Assembly (NCBI GenBank): GCA_047495785.1
Contig: JBLDXI010000055.1
Location: 1,736,001 to 1,800,000 of the forward strand
Direction: 5' to 3'
DNA from: Lepidodermella squamata
Taxonomy: Eukaryota > Animalia > Gastrotricha
Length of the DNA stretch: 64,000 nucleotides
Part shown: positions 12,734 through 25,253 of the stretch, piece by piece
How the letters are laid out: each line of letters begins with the position of its first letter
Numbering within the stretch: position 1 is the stretch's first letter
Translations under genes and position numbers: made by a program
Notes under the pieces: model-generated
Told to the model about the DNA's origin: nothing
The model's input: only the letters and a program-made list of their open reading frames with translations
Database searches by the model: none

Positions 12734-14974
12734 TTAGTTTTCCAAGAATTTACGCCACTGCTCCAAGGAAATATTTCCCTCGGGATGATCGCTGATTTCT
12801 CGAACGATAGAATCGATTATATCATCGTCTGTGGGCAAATGCATTTGCGTACACTTTCTCTTGATATCATCGCGGGTTATGTAACCACGCCGATGATTGT
12901 CCAACTGCAAAAACAGCTCATCGACTCTAGGTCGGCCAGTGATACCCAACTTTCTCAGCTGAGTACGTAACTCAGCGACAAGCCGACTGCGGTCGCCATC
13001 GCTATTTACAGGAGGGAATAAGTATGAATTATACGATAATTATCATCGATAACTTACTTCCGAACGACAGTTACTGGTTGGAAACGATAGCAAGAGGCAC
13101 CACGGTCATTAGTAGCATTGCCCAAATGAGCACGAAGATTTTCAATTACTTCATTCGGAAATTGGTCGCGGTATTTCTCAACAAACGACAACACGAAGGT
13201 GTCCGCACTTTTGATAATGAATCGCTGCTTGAACACTTCCACACGTGCCCCAATATAGAGATCCTAGAATCCGGGAAAATTTCGGAGGTTGGAAACCATA
13301 AGACAAAAATTGGGGCAAAAAATATACTTGAGGTCCATAATATATAGGACGTTCAGCAGTTGAGCCGGGCTTGGCCACTCGAGATTTTTCCAAAAATTTG
13401 CCACCAATGACGCCACTGTTGCGTTTCGGCGGCTCATAGATCGACAGGGCATCGTCGGACACATGGTAAATTATGACAAAGCGACGCCCAGCATCTTCAG
13501 GATGAACAGAGTCGAGCTCTGCTTCGTACCGTAGTTTAACGGCATCGTTTTCCATAATTTTGATGTAATCCTTCTTAGGTGGTTCTGGTATGAGGGAAAT
13601 TACGTTTTGAAGTGAGTCCTCAATGGAGCCATAGCCATTGTAAGGTGGAATTTCCTGAAATCACGGAAAAGTTACTTTCATCATGAGATGGCTCTAAATT
13701 ATTGAATATACCATCTTCGGTAGAGGTTCTCCCCGTTCATTCACGGTTAAAGGAGTGAAGTCAGTTAGACCAAAGTTTTGATAGTAGAAAGATTTCGTGA
13801 AATTATCGATGTCAAAGATGAAAAATCGGCGGCCATAGATGAAAACCGTTTTTCCGATCATGAAGTCTCTGAAAATAGCCATTCATTATGTCAAACTGAA
13901 ATAGGTAATATTTGGTTTTCTAGAACACCAACTTACGATGAAGTGAAAAAGTCCTTAGATTCGTTAGGAGTTATTTCCATGTAGATTCCTGGATGAGTTG
14001 AAGGAATATTGTTGCGGTCCTTCAAAATTTTATGGCGTTGGATCAGAACAGGGAAAGGATCTCGACCATCGTTTTGGCGATGAACCTCCCTTACTTCAAC
14101 TGTATCGTCTGCCAGATAGTAATGAATAACAACAGGTCGAAGTTCTCCGAAAAGGTTGTCGCGATCATCCCAGACGGCGAAGAAACGCAGGATCTTCTTG
14201 TCCATTTCCAAAAATTGGCGTAACTTGTCGTAATCAGTTTTAGTTTTATTCGTGGTAAGAGCTTCACGCTTTTCGCGAGTTGCGGTGTAAGGATCTTGAG
14301 GAATGCACTCTGGAGGGTCAAGAATAACACCCTCGCTTTCGAGATAATCTCTGGTCCAAGGGTCACAATCCACCACACGGAATGTGCGACCATAAAATGT
14401 CACGTTTTTCCCCAAATTGAAATCTTTCCAATTCCAAGTATCACCGTGATCATTTTTGGATATCTTTTGACGATGAAGGAGCTTGCCTTGGGGCATACCA
14501 CTGTTTCTAACTTCTGGCTCAATGACGGAAATACTGTCATCTTCCAGGTAGTAGAAGATGTCCACGGGCCGTACACGATAATGCTCATTTGGAGATTCGT
14601 AAACGGTTTGCTTGAAATAGGCCTTGAAGCGAAGAACTTTCTTATCGAATGCAACATGAGCAGGGATGAAAACTTCAGGCGGAGCTTGCTTAGGCTTTCC
14701 GTAAGTTATCGTCGGTTGATAATTGGCGAGGGCATCTAGCTCATCTTGGCTTATTGTGTTATGGTGAAGAAACTGGCCGCCAATGCCAACCTCTTTTAGC
14801 TTTGGCTGAGAAAACCCATCCTTCATTCCAAGAGTCTGGGGCCTCCGAAAATCATGAGCCTGAATTTTAATTGGTAATTCAATAATAATCTTGCATATAT
14901 CATTTACTTACTGCTGGATTGGTGAAAGTATTTCCAGGTAAAAAAGGGAGCGATTGATTTCTACGTTCGGCCAT
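12734..14974 (-). CDS. EFHC1: EF-hand domain-containing protein 1 (Rib72 family; 3 DM10 domains + EF-hand), 6 exons
   Basis: MAERRNQSLPFLPGNTF N-terminus; PAHVAFDKKVLRFKAYFKQTV; LEMDKKILRFFAVWDD; LRYEAEL..RRFVIIYHVSDDALSIYEPPKRNSGVIGGKFLE; C-terminal EF-hands. Introns are GT-AG and in frame. Confidence 0.95.
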
Positions 14975-17110
14975 TATTGTAAAATAACGGAACTGCTACA
15001 CAATTTTAGAATGTAAAATATCAAAGATATGATTTATATCGAAAACATCAATAAGTTTGATACATAATGGACATTTAATAAGTTTGTATATGAAATGCGG
15101 CGACAAATGCCGAGATGACAATCAGCAAACAAGATTGAAGTTGGCTGGCCACGATTGGATTTTCCCAGCGGGCAATCGATTGTTCAAGAACTAGCATTGT
15201 GTCATATGTCATATGTTTTACCTTATTTGCCAGATTTAGGGATACCTTGCTAGTGTTTCATATGTAACTTTGGCACATGAGAAACGCATAGAAAATCGGC
15301 AATCGGAAAGGAAAATTCAGGAAAAAGGGACAGACCCTTATGGGGTAATACATATCAAATAGTCCAGTTCCTTTCAAATACGTAAGGTCAGTTGTTTAAT
15401 AGTTGGAGAAGTTCCTGAAATAACTCGCATCCGCTTATGTGTAAAAACTATGAGAAATATAACCCTAATCGCTGATCCGAAAAGACAGATCTCACGCCCA
15501 TGAGATGTTTGAGCACAGTCGCCAATTTATAGGCGTTACACTAAGGCATGATGTTATAACACCGAAAAGTCCAGACCCCAGAAGTTTTTCTTCCATAAAT
15601 TCAACGAAAAGCGCTACAATAATGGGGTAGTAGTATTAGATGTTATACAATCAGAAGCGTTCTTTTGCTTTCTCGGGCGACAGTAATTTCTCTCAACCGA
15701 ACAATGTCGTGAGGACCACTATTCACAAGGCAGATCAGGGTTGCCAAGTATATCACGGGTTATAATATTTGCAGCCCTACAATTCGCAAATTCTATGTTG
15801 CCAGCTAGGTTGCAGAAGTATAAAGACCAGGAAAATCCAATCGAAGTCAGAAATAGGTAGGGCATCAGCCATCGTTGCTAACTGCAAGTAACTAAGGACG
15901 CCGTCACCAAGTAAAATAAAAAAAATAATTAATGTGTACATGTTAGCTTAAAAATTAGTTTGTTTGTTGTTGCAAAAATTGTGTGAAGTTTAATTTTGAT
16001 TATATTATTTTCTGTCGACGTATGATGCGCTATCGCTGTCCAGGTTTTCTCTCTGGGGTTAATAAAAGTCCTGAAGGCTTGTAGCTTCATGACGAACACG
16101 GATAGCACTATTAAAGTTTGCAAGGTCTTTTGACAACAGCTTTGGGAGGGTAACGCGCGCATGGCCAAGATATTTCTTTTCACCAGCTTTCACCTCTGGC
16201 AGTCACGTAAAGATGCTTCACCTTACGGTTTTTAGGATTTGGTTGTTTAACTTATTCCTCCTGACTGCTTGAATAGCCAGGCCGCTGAATATATGCTTTA
16301 ATGGCTACATTCATTGTCATAACTCGTGCGTAATTTGGAATTAGATCATCCCTGGGACAATTCGGTGGCTTGCGGCTCCAGCTCTCGTCATGGATGTGAA
16401 TTGTGAATTATTTCTGAATTGTGCGGAAATTGTGACTATTTTTACGATAAGGACTAGCTGATTCCTTATGCAGATCTTACCTGCGCGTTATTAATCTCGT
16501 AGATGGTACAATTTTGATGGGGTACCTGGTACCTCCTGGGTCTGATTGGCTATTAGCTGTCGGGCTGAATAGTATGCTTGCCCTATCATAAATATAGTTC
16601 GGATTGCCGATACTGCTGTTACGACTAACATTCGTCACCAGTGGTACGTGGTAAGTGCTTTCCGTTCCTATAGCCAAACTAATGCCGAAATAACTAGGGC
16701 AAGAGATCCAATGGGAAGCTTGCAGCTTGCAATTTTTGTCCCATAATGTGTCGAGCAAATTCAAGAGAATATTTACAGACAAGATTCTGGACGGAAATGT
16801 TATAATGATGTAAACCCTCCCGCCCTGCTGTCTGCTGAATTTTATGGGATTTCGGACGTTCTTATCTCTTATCCTCTTCCTGTTGTTTGATTTTTTGCGT
16901 TGTTCATGTGATCTACACCGCGCACCTTGTAAATCACGCGAATTTTTTTCTCTGCATTCAAAACCCCTTTTTTCTCTGAAACGCTCAAAGAATCACACGA
17001 TAGTACATCTTGTCTAGCTAAATTGTTAATTTTTAAACCTAAGTTTTTTAGACTGTTTGATAAACCTCAAGTACTATGATATATAACGCACGTAATGAAG
17101 CATTACACTA

Positions 17111-18075
17111 ATGCTGTTTGTCAGGCTAGCTCTCCGAGCCAAAAGGCGGAAAAAATGTCTGGCACTAGTCGTTTTCTTGCTGGTCTGCCTTGCTGTGATA
17201 TCGTTGGCGGAGTTTCCGTTTTTAAGCGGTGCACCTGTTTATGAATCGAAATTCGACACATCGAAAGCAAAAACAGATCACCGACTTGCGCTTATCGTTC
17301 CGTTTCGAGATCGGAATGATGAATTACACGAATTCGTTCCTCATATATCCAAGTTTCTAGACGTTCAAGAAATTCGTCACGGCATCTTCATTATAAACCA
17401 AACAGATTCGTTCCGGTTCAATCGAGCAGTTCTCATTAATATTGGCTTTGTGGTTAGCTCTGGTGAAGGATTTGACTACATGGCTATGCACGACATTGAT
17501 TTATTGCCATTGGATCAACGTTTGTCTTACGCCTTTCCCTTTAAAGGTCCTATGCACCTCAGCTCACCAAAGTTGCATCCGCTATATCACTATGAAACTT
17601 ACGTAGGCGGTATTCTAGTCATTTCTCATGCTCATTTCAAACTCGTGAATGGCATGTCCAATCGGTATTGGGGTTGGGGTCTTGAGGATGACGAATTTTA
17701 CACTCGTTTACGTCACGCCAACTTGACAATCTTTCGCCCTACCTTTAACTCAACGAATGCGTTTCGCCATATTCATGATCGAAAGAAGCGCAAGCGAGAT
17801 TTTCGAGAAAAAATACCATCTTTACACAAGGTTGACAGAAGAACTGGCTTATCAACGTTAGAAACCGACGGAAAGCACGGTAATCCATTCGACTAAAGTA
17901 TTTCTTGGTTTTCAACGATTAGTTTTTAGGGCCATTATATACCATAACGGATTCCCGACCTGTGCTCATTCAGAACCACGCGGCTACCGTTTATGACGTT
18001 CGCCTGGAGTGCAATCTTGAAGCTACACCATGGTGTTTACCATCTGGTGCCAAATCTCTTCCAGCTAAATCTTAG
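17111..18075 (+). CDS. B4GALT7: Xylosylprotein beta-1,4-galactosyltransferase (GT7), 2 exons
   Basis: HRLALIVPFRDR, FRFNRAVLINIGF, DYMAMHDIDLLP, LHPLYHYETYVGGIL, GMSNRYWGWGLEDDEF. Exon 2 encodes LECNLEATPWC, with TAG at 18073-18075. Confidence 0.95.
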
Positions 18076-18181
18076 CATTGCTCTTTCCAATTTCTTACAC
18101 TTTTCGCATTACCATAGAATATTAAATGCTATAATTTATAACAATTTAATCTTGTTCCTTATAGATTATTGAACAGATATA

Positions 18182-18821
18182 ATGACTGAGAATGGCAATG
18201 AAACGAATCCAATAGCAGCCGCAAGCAGCTCAGCCGCTGTTGCTGTTTCCGAAGTACAGCCGGAACAAACCTATGATCAACCTCCGCCACCAGCCTATTC
18301 TGACGTGGTAAATTCTTGCAGTTCCGCCGGTGCTGAACCTGAACACTGGAAAGCAACTTCAAATGCAGCTTATGCCGTTCCACCACCGCTTTTTGATCAT
18401 ATGGCCCCGGTGCGTCCCCTTCTGTCCTCGCAACCTTTAAGAGTAGTCGTCGATCAACGGGGTGTTCCTGTTTCCGTACCACCGGGAGTTCAAGTTGTTG
18501 TTGTCCCAGCACGTGGCGCCCGAGTCGTCGAGAGAGAGGTTATAACAAAAAATGATCATTTATAAACAATTGTATTTGTGTTTTATATAGGATGAAGGCA
18601 AACGAATCAGGAGCATTGCGCTTTCCATGGCAGTTTTATCGCTGTTTTTTGGTTCACTTTTCTGCGCTATTCCAGCTCTCATATGCGCTTGTCGTCGATA
18701 TGCCCCAATTGTCGATTACAGAAAATCAATCGCTTTAAGCTCCATTGCTTTACTCGTAGGAATTACTGGTTTGATTTTGGCCACGCTGCGAGCAAATCAA
18801 AAAGCTATGGCGCACATGTGA
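18182..18821 (+). CDS. Proline-rich CD225/dispanin (PRRT-like) small membrane protein with PPxY motif, 2 exons
   Basis: PPPPAY; phase-0 intron VERE|DEGK; two C-terminal hydrophobic segments (LSLFFGSLFCAIPALICA; SIALSSIALLVGITGLIL). Confidence 0.6.
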
Positions 18822-19796
18822 AGCGGTGTAAACTGTTTATACTTGTAGTCTATGGTTGATGTTAGATCTAATTAAATATATTCACCGGATGCTTTGAATC
18901 AGCGGTGCTGTACAGAATGAATTTTCATTGTTAGTGCTGTGACTAATTATTTTGCATAATTTTTTAATGCCGATGTACACAGTTTCACTGACCGACTTTG
19001 CAGCCGGGTTATTTTACCACTCTTTGATCACATATTCACTTTTATTTAGCATATTTTATTTCAGTCATGAGTTTTCGTGTTCCCTGGAATATGGATCAAA
19101 ATAAAAATGGGTATTGTTGATTGTTAAATTGTTGTGTGAGCAAGTGTTTCAATGTAGCGAAATTAGAAGCAGGCGACGTTACGCAATGAGTTTGAAGATT
19201 TTGCAAGGCATTAGTTTCACTTGAGATGTGTTGATGAAGCGGGATTGTTGCCATTCAGTCAGCGGCGGTGTCGGCATTACATGTTATGTTGTTGAAGGAA
19301 GTAGCAAAGTTATCGCTAAATCTTGAATTTTCATTACATACAATCATACCATCAGCCCTCATTTCACACCGTTTCGTTTCGATTAGCCATATTTAATCTT
19401 TCAGGCTCGCTCCTGATGCATTCCTTCACTCTCCTGGCTCTCCTTGAAACAGCTCGAGATCAGCGTGTGACAAAATATTGAAGTGTCAATTTAGTTAAAC
19501 CCTGAACAGGGTGAAAACAGTCATTTCTGTTCACCGTGATGAGCATGTGATGATTAGGTTGCTCTTCACCCCAAGAATACCACCAGAAATAAGGAATTAT
19601 GACTGGGCTCCATTTATCCAACAATTTGTGTCTTGGAGTCGTATAGTTTCAAAGGCGGCTCTCAATCAGCTTCCGATTTTGTGTTGCTAGCAAGCGGAAT
19701 GGCTTATAATTATTGATCAGACGTTTTGAAAGCCCGAAGCAGAGCGACTAACTTCTGAAGTATTGCATTGTGCGAAGAAGTATGCCCTATTACTCT

Positions 19797-20900
19797 CAGG
19801 GCCAGATCATCACCAAAAATTGACCCCGGGCCCTTAGGCAAATCCTCTTTCCGGGCCCCCTCCCATCTTCCCCACTCAATTCTTCACCCTTGGTCTTAAA
19901 CAATTCTCAGTAAATGTCTTCTCGAGGAGCCATGTCTTTTTAAGGTTTCCTTTGGTGTTAACTAAATTATTTTTGGTGTTTAGACTATAAAAACTTGCGA
20001 ATAGGCGAAACTTGTGAACTTTCCAGTGGCTAACATAGCATGCCCCGTAGCCCTGTTTCTTGACAGAAAAAAATCGCGACCTTTAACTTTCTGTAAAGAG
20101 TCAAACGTTGTGATAGAAACCTTAATTATTTACTTTCTCCGCGAGCGAAGCGAGCTTTAGCTAACGGTATTGTTTCATAATTTTGGCTAAAAATAGCCTA
20201 TAATTGATTCGAAATTGCGTGTGGATGATTTCGTGTTGCGACTCTCGCGGCCCCGCAATTTTGAAAACTTTCCTCCCTTTGAAAACGTTAACACCCAATA
20301 TTCCTAAACGGACCTCGAATTCACTTTATAGAATGGCTGTCACAGGACCAATATGTTTCATCATGCTAAATTGGTAGAAACAGGGTGCGATCTTGGATCC
20401 TGGTTTGACTAAGTACCGACAAGTGATGTTAAGGTACTTATCTTGAGTACCGAGCGAAGCGAGCAATTGTTTAAGATTTTCCACTAAAACATGCTCCACA
20501 ACCTCTCAAAATTAACGAAACAGTGGGATAAATTCTCATTTTGTTGTCTGGCGCGGCCGAGCTGGTGGGGATCATCACACCATTCCCCCTGAAGTCACAC
20601 ACTGGCTAGAAATTTGTCAGCCGCGAGCGAAGCGAGCTTTAGCTGACGATTATCACCACATTTCTCACATTTTCCAAGAGCCGGATTTATGCAGCGCAGC
20701 CAAACAGAATCATAAGCAATAAGGCAAACTGTCGAATGCGAATAAATCACAAGGGGGAGCCTTTGGTTTTTGTTAGGAGTACACTTTTTTCATGGGCCCT
20801 TTGATGGTAAGGGTCCCCCTGTGGTTTTTTACTTCAGGTGCCAAAATTCAATGAGCCCCAAGACAACTGCCTTACTTGCCTACTGGGTGATCCGGCCCTG
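19797..20900. mobile_element. Non-autonomous hAT-type DNA transposon (1104 bp)
   Basis: TIRs CAGGGCCAGATCA / TGATCCGGCCCTG. Perfect 8-bp TSD ATTACTCT at 19789-19796 and 20901-20908. Three internal CGAGCGAAGCGAGC motifs. No transposase ORF. Confidence 0.9.
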
Positions 20901-21166
20901 ATTACTCTACTTGGTTCATATTTTCACGTCGTCTGCGCCCGTTGGATGGAGGATTGCCTGAGTGAAAATCCAACGTACCTACCTATAAATGCATGCACGA
21001 GAGCTCATTGACAGATCACCACCCAACACTGAATTTTCAGCCTTGTACCATCTTGCATTCAAGATTTTAGCCAACTTTTTGGAATATTTTTTAGCTTTAT
21101 GGAATTGAGGAATTTCTCTCATTGGGGCTTCTCTTTTTCTCTGCATACTGCATCGAAGGCATGTTA

Positions 21167-21387
21167 CAGGGACCGGCAGAAGTTATTCTACAGACGCATT
21201 ACTTATTATCATTATTGTCATCATTAGGAGTCATGTGACCGTCAATTTCTTCAACTTCTTCATTTTCGTGCCGAAATTTCGCGTATGGGGTTGAAGAAGT
21301 TGAAGAAATTGACGGTCACATGACTCCTAATGATGACAATAATGATAATAAGTAATGCGTCTGTAGAATAACTTCTGCCGGTCCCTG
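21167..21387. mobile_element. Tc1/mariner-type palindromic MITE
   Basis: 96-bp perfect inverted arms (21167-21262 / 21292-21387) with a 29-nt spacer, starting CAGGG and flanked by TA on both sides. Confidence 0.9.
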
Positions 21388-21726
21388 TATTGTTAATTCT
21401 CAGTCTGACAGCTCTCATTAGCCTTAATTTGCGGGTGTACTGTGTAATCCCCGGTGATGCCCAGTGAAATCCAAACCAATCACGGTTTCCTACAGAACGA
21501 ATGTCGACCTGCTTGCTCTTAGTCTCCTTTCATATTCTACATATATTCTGAATATTGGTATAAAGTTATGAATATTGGACAGTAGCGCATGAAAGTGTTA
21601 AGTTGAAGGATTATGAAGGATCACGGATGCCATTGTATGGTGTCTGAAGCCATTTGGAAGCCCGAAACAGTTATTAGATGCACCCCTGACACAAAGCGGT
21701 GTTAAAAAATCTAGCCTTTAGCCCAT

Positions 21727-22960
21727 GGGTTTTTTCGAGATAAGTACAGGGAAAGATGCAAAATCCTCACTTTTTCTTCGATTCGGACTTGATTCGGAAG
21801 CGGAGGGAAAGGACTAAAAAGCCGTGGATAAACACCGCATTTACTGGCAATTTCTTACTTCCTAAGTAAGATTTTTTTGTGCTCTACTAGAAAACGTGAA
21901 AAAACTGTGGTTGAACCCATTTTGTTTCTTGCAGCGATGCCCTAAATGACTCCAGGTCATGCATTTTCGAGGTGTTGGGTCTGCCGTAGTGAGTGCTATT
22001 CAGGACGAAAAAGTCGTGGATAAGTTGGGGTGGTTCTTGTTGTTTTCCTTCTTAAAACTTTCCTCCGAACACCTTCTCTGATTTTACTACAAAACGCTGT
22101 GGTGCAACTATCGGTTTTTTCGAGGTAAGAGCGACAGAAAACACAAAATTTTCACTTTTTCTCGATTTGCAAGCGGGGAGGGAAAAACTGAAAAGCCGTG
22201 GATAACTACAATAGGCGCGTTTACACGAGCAGTGTTCGCTCTCGTTCGATCTACTTGGCTCCCGCTCTCGTTGGCCCCTCGTCGTGTAACCGCGCGCGCG
22301 GAGTGAAGTGGGGCGACTTTTTCGCTCCCGCCCAACTCAGGGAGCGAATGAGGGCGAACGAGAGCGAACGAGAGCAAACGCGGGTGTAAACGCGTGCGCG
22401 CGCACAAAGTAGAGCGAACTGGCGCGATTTCACATAAAATCACCGATTTTTGTGGTTTTGTGCTCTAAATTTACGGAATTTATATGCAAAATTTATGCTT
22501 TTTAGCCAAGATTTTCGAAATGCTATCGAATGGTGCCAAATTTAGCGAATTTCACGAAACTGAACGAAATTTCAAGTTATCCAGAATTTATAGCCAATCG
22601 ATAGATTTCATTATTTAGAAGATAACTGTGAAAAAACTGATTGTAAAAATCAAACCCTCAATGAATTATTCAAAAAATAAATTTGAGCACTCTTTCGCTC
22701 TCGCTCGCTCCCGCAGTGTAAACGTGGGACGCGATTACGCAATGTTCGCTCCAGTTCGCTCTCGCTCCTGTTCGCTCCCGCTCCCAGTGCTGGTGTAAAC
22801 GCGCCTTACAATATTAACTGGCTATTTCTTACTTCCCTGGTAAGCTCGTTGTGTGCTCTATTAGAAAATGTGAAACAACTGTGGTCGAACCTGTTCTGTT
22901 TCTTGTATCCGCGCCTTCAAAGACGCCAGGGGATGCATTGTTTTTAGGTTTTCGTACTTT
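21727..22960. repeat. Diverged tandem duplication (~0.38-kb unit, about two copies); second copy interrupted by a MITE
   Basis: Blocks ggtttttt(t)cgag, aaagccgtggataa, actggc.atttcttacttcc and gtgctcta.tagaaaa.gtgaaa.aactgtggt.gaacc each occur twice. Boundaries approximate. Confidence 0.7.
22213..22806. mobile_element. MITE with Harbinger-like TIRs (594 bp)
   Basis: TIR AGGCGCGTTTACAC / GTGTAAACGCGCCT; internal GTGTAAACG and TTCGCTC repeats; flanking direct repeat TACAAT at 22207-22212 and 22807-22812. Confidence 0.85.
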
Positions 22961-23659
22961 CAGGTCGCTTAGCGGTGAAAAATTCATGGTTGCCTATGCA
23001 TTTCTATTCATTTTATGATACTTTTAACTATTCTCTATCATTATAGCAGAAAAGCGCGTGATAATATCCACAAAAAGTATTCAGTGAGCGCCCCCGAACC
23101 GCGCGTTAACCAGCAACTTGAAATCATTTTTCCCTCGAATCGCCTGCGGCAAAAAACTTTGCAATAAAATAAAAAACAAATTGGAGAATTAATATTAAAT
23201 ATAAAAATATATTGCAAAAACTGTATTATTTTAGTTAAATAATTTATTTTTACGAGTTAACACGCGCGGAATTTGTATGGGGGACCTTTTTTTGCGGGAG
23301 TGTAATTTCAATATTCAATAATGTTTTAGAAATATGTTGGAGTCTGGGGCTTTTTTTCATGGCGCTTTTGCTTTTCGTGTTATCGCTTGTTGGAATGAGT
23401 TGCTGGGTGAGTTAACTTTACTCTCCTGGTCTGAAATTTCCAGATTGTTACTGAAGAGACAGTTACAGTTAGTAATGAAATTCGATGTATAAAAAGAAAA
23501 TTTTGCACGCCTCTTTTTTTGGGCCTTCGCGAATACGTATACAGTATTTTCATGTCAGGCTCTCTCGTTTCGTCTCGTTTTTCTAAGTCAAATTGACGTT
23601 GGCCGAATTGTCTAGCCCGATTTTCGCATGCTTCCCAAGACAACGCCATCCGAGCCCTG

Positions 23660-24186
23660 ATGATGAAGGACTACTCCTGCCCAGTTGACAATCTGCGCCG
23701 CCACCTGAAATGGCTCACTCTCACTGGAACAAGGCACGTACACGAAACCAAGTTGGTCTTCCAGTGCCTCCATGGCGAAGCACCAGCCGAGCTAATCGAG
23801 CTCTGCAAGCCGAAGACAGAGGTGAACCCAGGACTTCGCAGTCCCGCTAACGGCAGCCTCGCAGTCCGACAGTGTCACCCAAGACCGAACCTTCCTCATC
23901 CGCGGCTCGAAGGCATAGAGTCAGACCGACCCCTTCATTCGTAAGCTTACTAGCTCGAAAGCCTGTCGCAAAGCCGCCTACTTGCAGCAATTCTTCATCG
24001 AGCAGGTGTCTGAATGGACCAAATAGATCATAGCTCTATTTTTATAATTTATTTTCGTATTCTATTGTGCCACTCTGCGCCTAACACCGAATCATCGGTG
24101 ACAGGTCTAACTTATCAACTCAAGCCCTGTTAAATCACCAGAATTGGTGCCAGGGTCTAACATCATGCATGCATCCATCCATCCAT
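23660..24186 (+). mobile_element. 5'-truncated CR1/L2-group LINE 3' end with microsatellite tail
   Basis: LRRHLKWLTL..RHVH..KLVFQCLHGEAP.EL matches the L2/CR1 ORF2 C-terminus; ends in CATG/(CATC)n repeats at about 24164-24186. Confidence 0.75.
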
Positions 24187-24311
24187 GCTTAATTGTCAGT
24201 TGCCGCCTTACCCTTTTTCATTTGGCGGCCAAATCATTACTCGAAAATTTGTGGTTTTTCAAGTCTGTCAATTCTTACTATTTGATATATTTCATAGGTT
24301 TGATTAAAATC

Positions 24312-25253
24312 ATGAGATCAAATTTGTTTGTTAGTGTCGTCCGTACAGTATATCCCAAGTTCATTCGAATGCAGTCAACTAACATCAACGTAAATGAACT
24401 GAACAAATTTGGACAAGAGGCAGCTGAATGGTGGGAAAAAGCTACTACCCTGTTAAAATCGAACGGGGTGCGAGTACCATATATTCGTGATAACGTAAAG
24501 CGTTTAAATAATATCGATTCACTGAGAAATATCTCCATTGTCGATGTCGGTTGTGGTGGTGGGTTTCTCAGCGAGGTATTTTATGGCAAAATATTGTCGC
24601 CTTGATTAAATAACAAGATTTCATCAGGCACTTGCTCGCACTGGAGCCACTGTACTTGGCATTGATCCGGGAGAAAAAATGGTTGCTGTTGCGAAGGCTC
24701 ACCAAGAATTGGATCCGTCTATTGCGAAGAACTTGAGCTATGAAAACTGCTCCATCGATGAATTGGCCAAAAATAAAAGATTATTTGACGTCGCGGTTGC
24801 GTCGGAGGTAGTCGAACACGTCTCTGACCTTGGAGACTTTCTGAAGAAAACCACGGATGTCATTAAGGTTCGTATTTATCATATATTCGTAATTATATTC
24901 TATGGATGTATTTTCATAGCCTGGCGGCTCATTATTTATCACTACCATCAATCGAACTTCGATGTCATATTGGATTGCTATTGTAATGGCAGAGTACGTT
25001 CTGCGCATTGTACCGCAAGGAACGCATGCATGGGAACAGTTTGTTACTCCGACGGAACTTCAAAATATTCTAGAGAAGCGTGAGTCTTGAGTTAGCTAAC
25101 TAAGCTTAATTACTGATGTGCTTTCTTGCTGTTTCAGACAAAATGTCCTTGATGTCGTTGCAAGGCACAACTTTCAACCCAATTCTTGGACACTGGTACT
25201 TCCAATCGTCTACAGATGTCAATTATATGGCACACTTTGTCAAATCAAAGTGA
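24312..25253 (+). CDS. COQ3: Ubiquinone biosynthesis O-methyltransferase, 4 exons
   Basis: ELNKFGQEAAEWW, RVPYIRD, IVDVGCGGGFLSE|ALARTGA, FDVAVASEVVEHV, PGGSLFITTINRT, AEYVLRIVPQGTHAWEQFVTP, TDVNYM. Confidence 0.93.

Noticed and set aside
15100-16900. Short ORFs between EFHC1 and B4GALT7 (possible TE relic)
   Set aside because: No recognisable motifs or consistent exon chain.
20138-20650. Repeated CGAGCGAAGCGAGC motif as a CRISPR-like array
   Set aside because: Only three short, irregularly spaced copies inside a hAT element in a eukaryotic genome; no cas genes.
23090-23285. Imperfect inverted repeat (ccgcgcgttaac / gttaacacgcgcgg) around an AT-rich core
   Set aside because: Short and imperfect, with no TSD identified; may be part of an older element but cannot be delimited.
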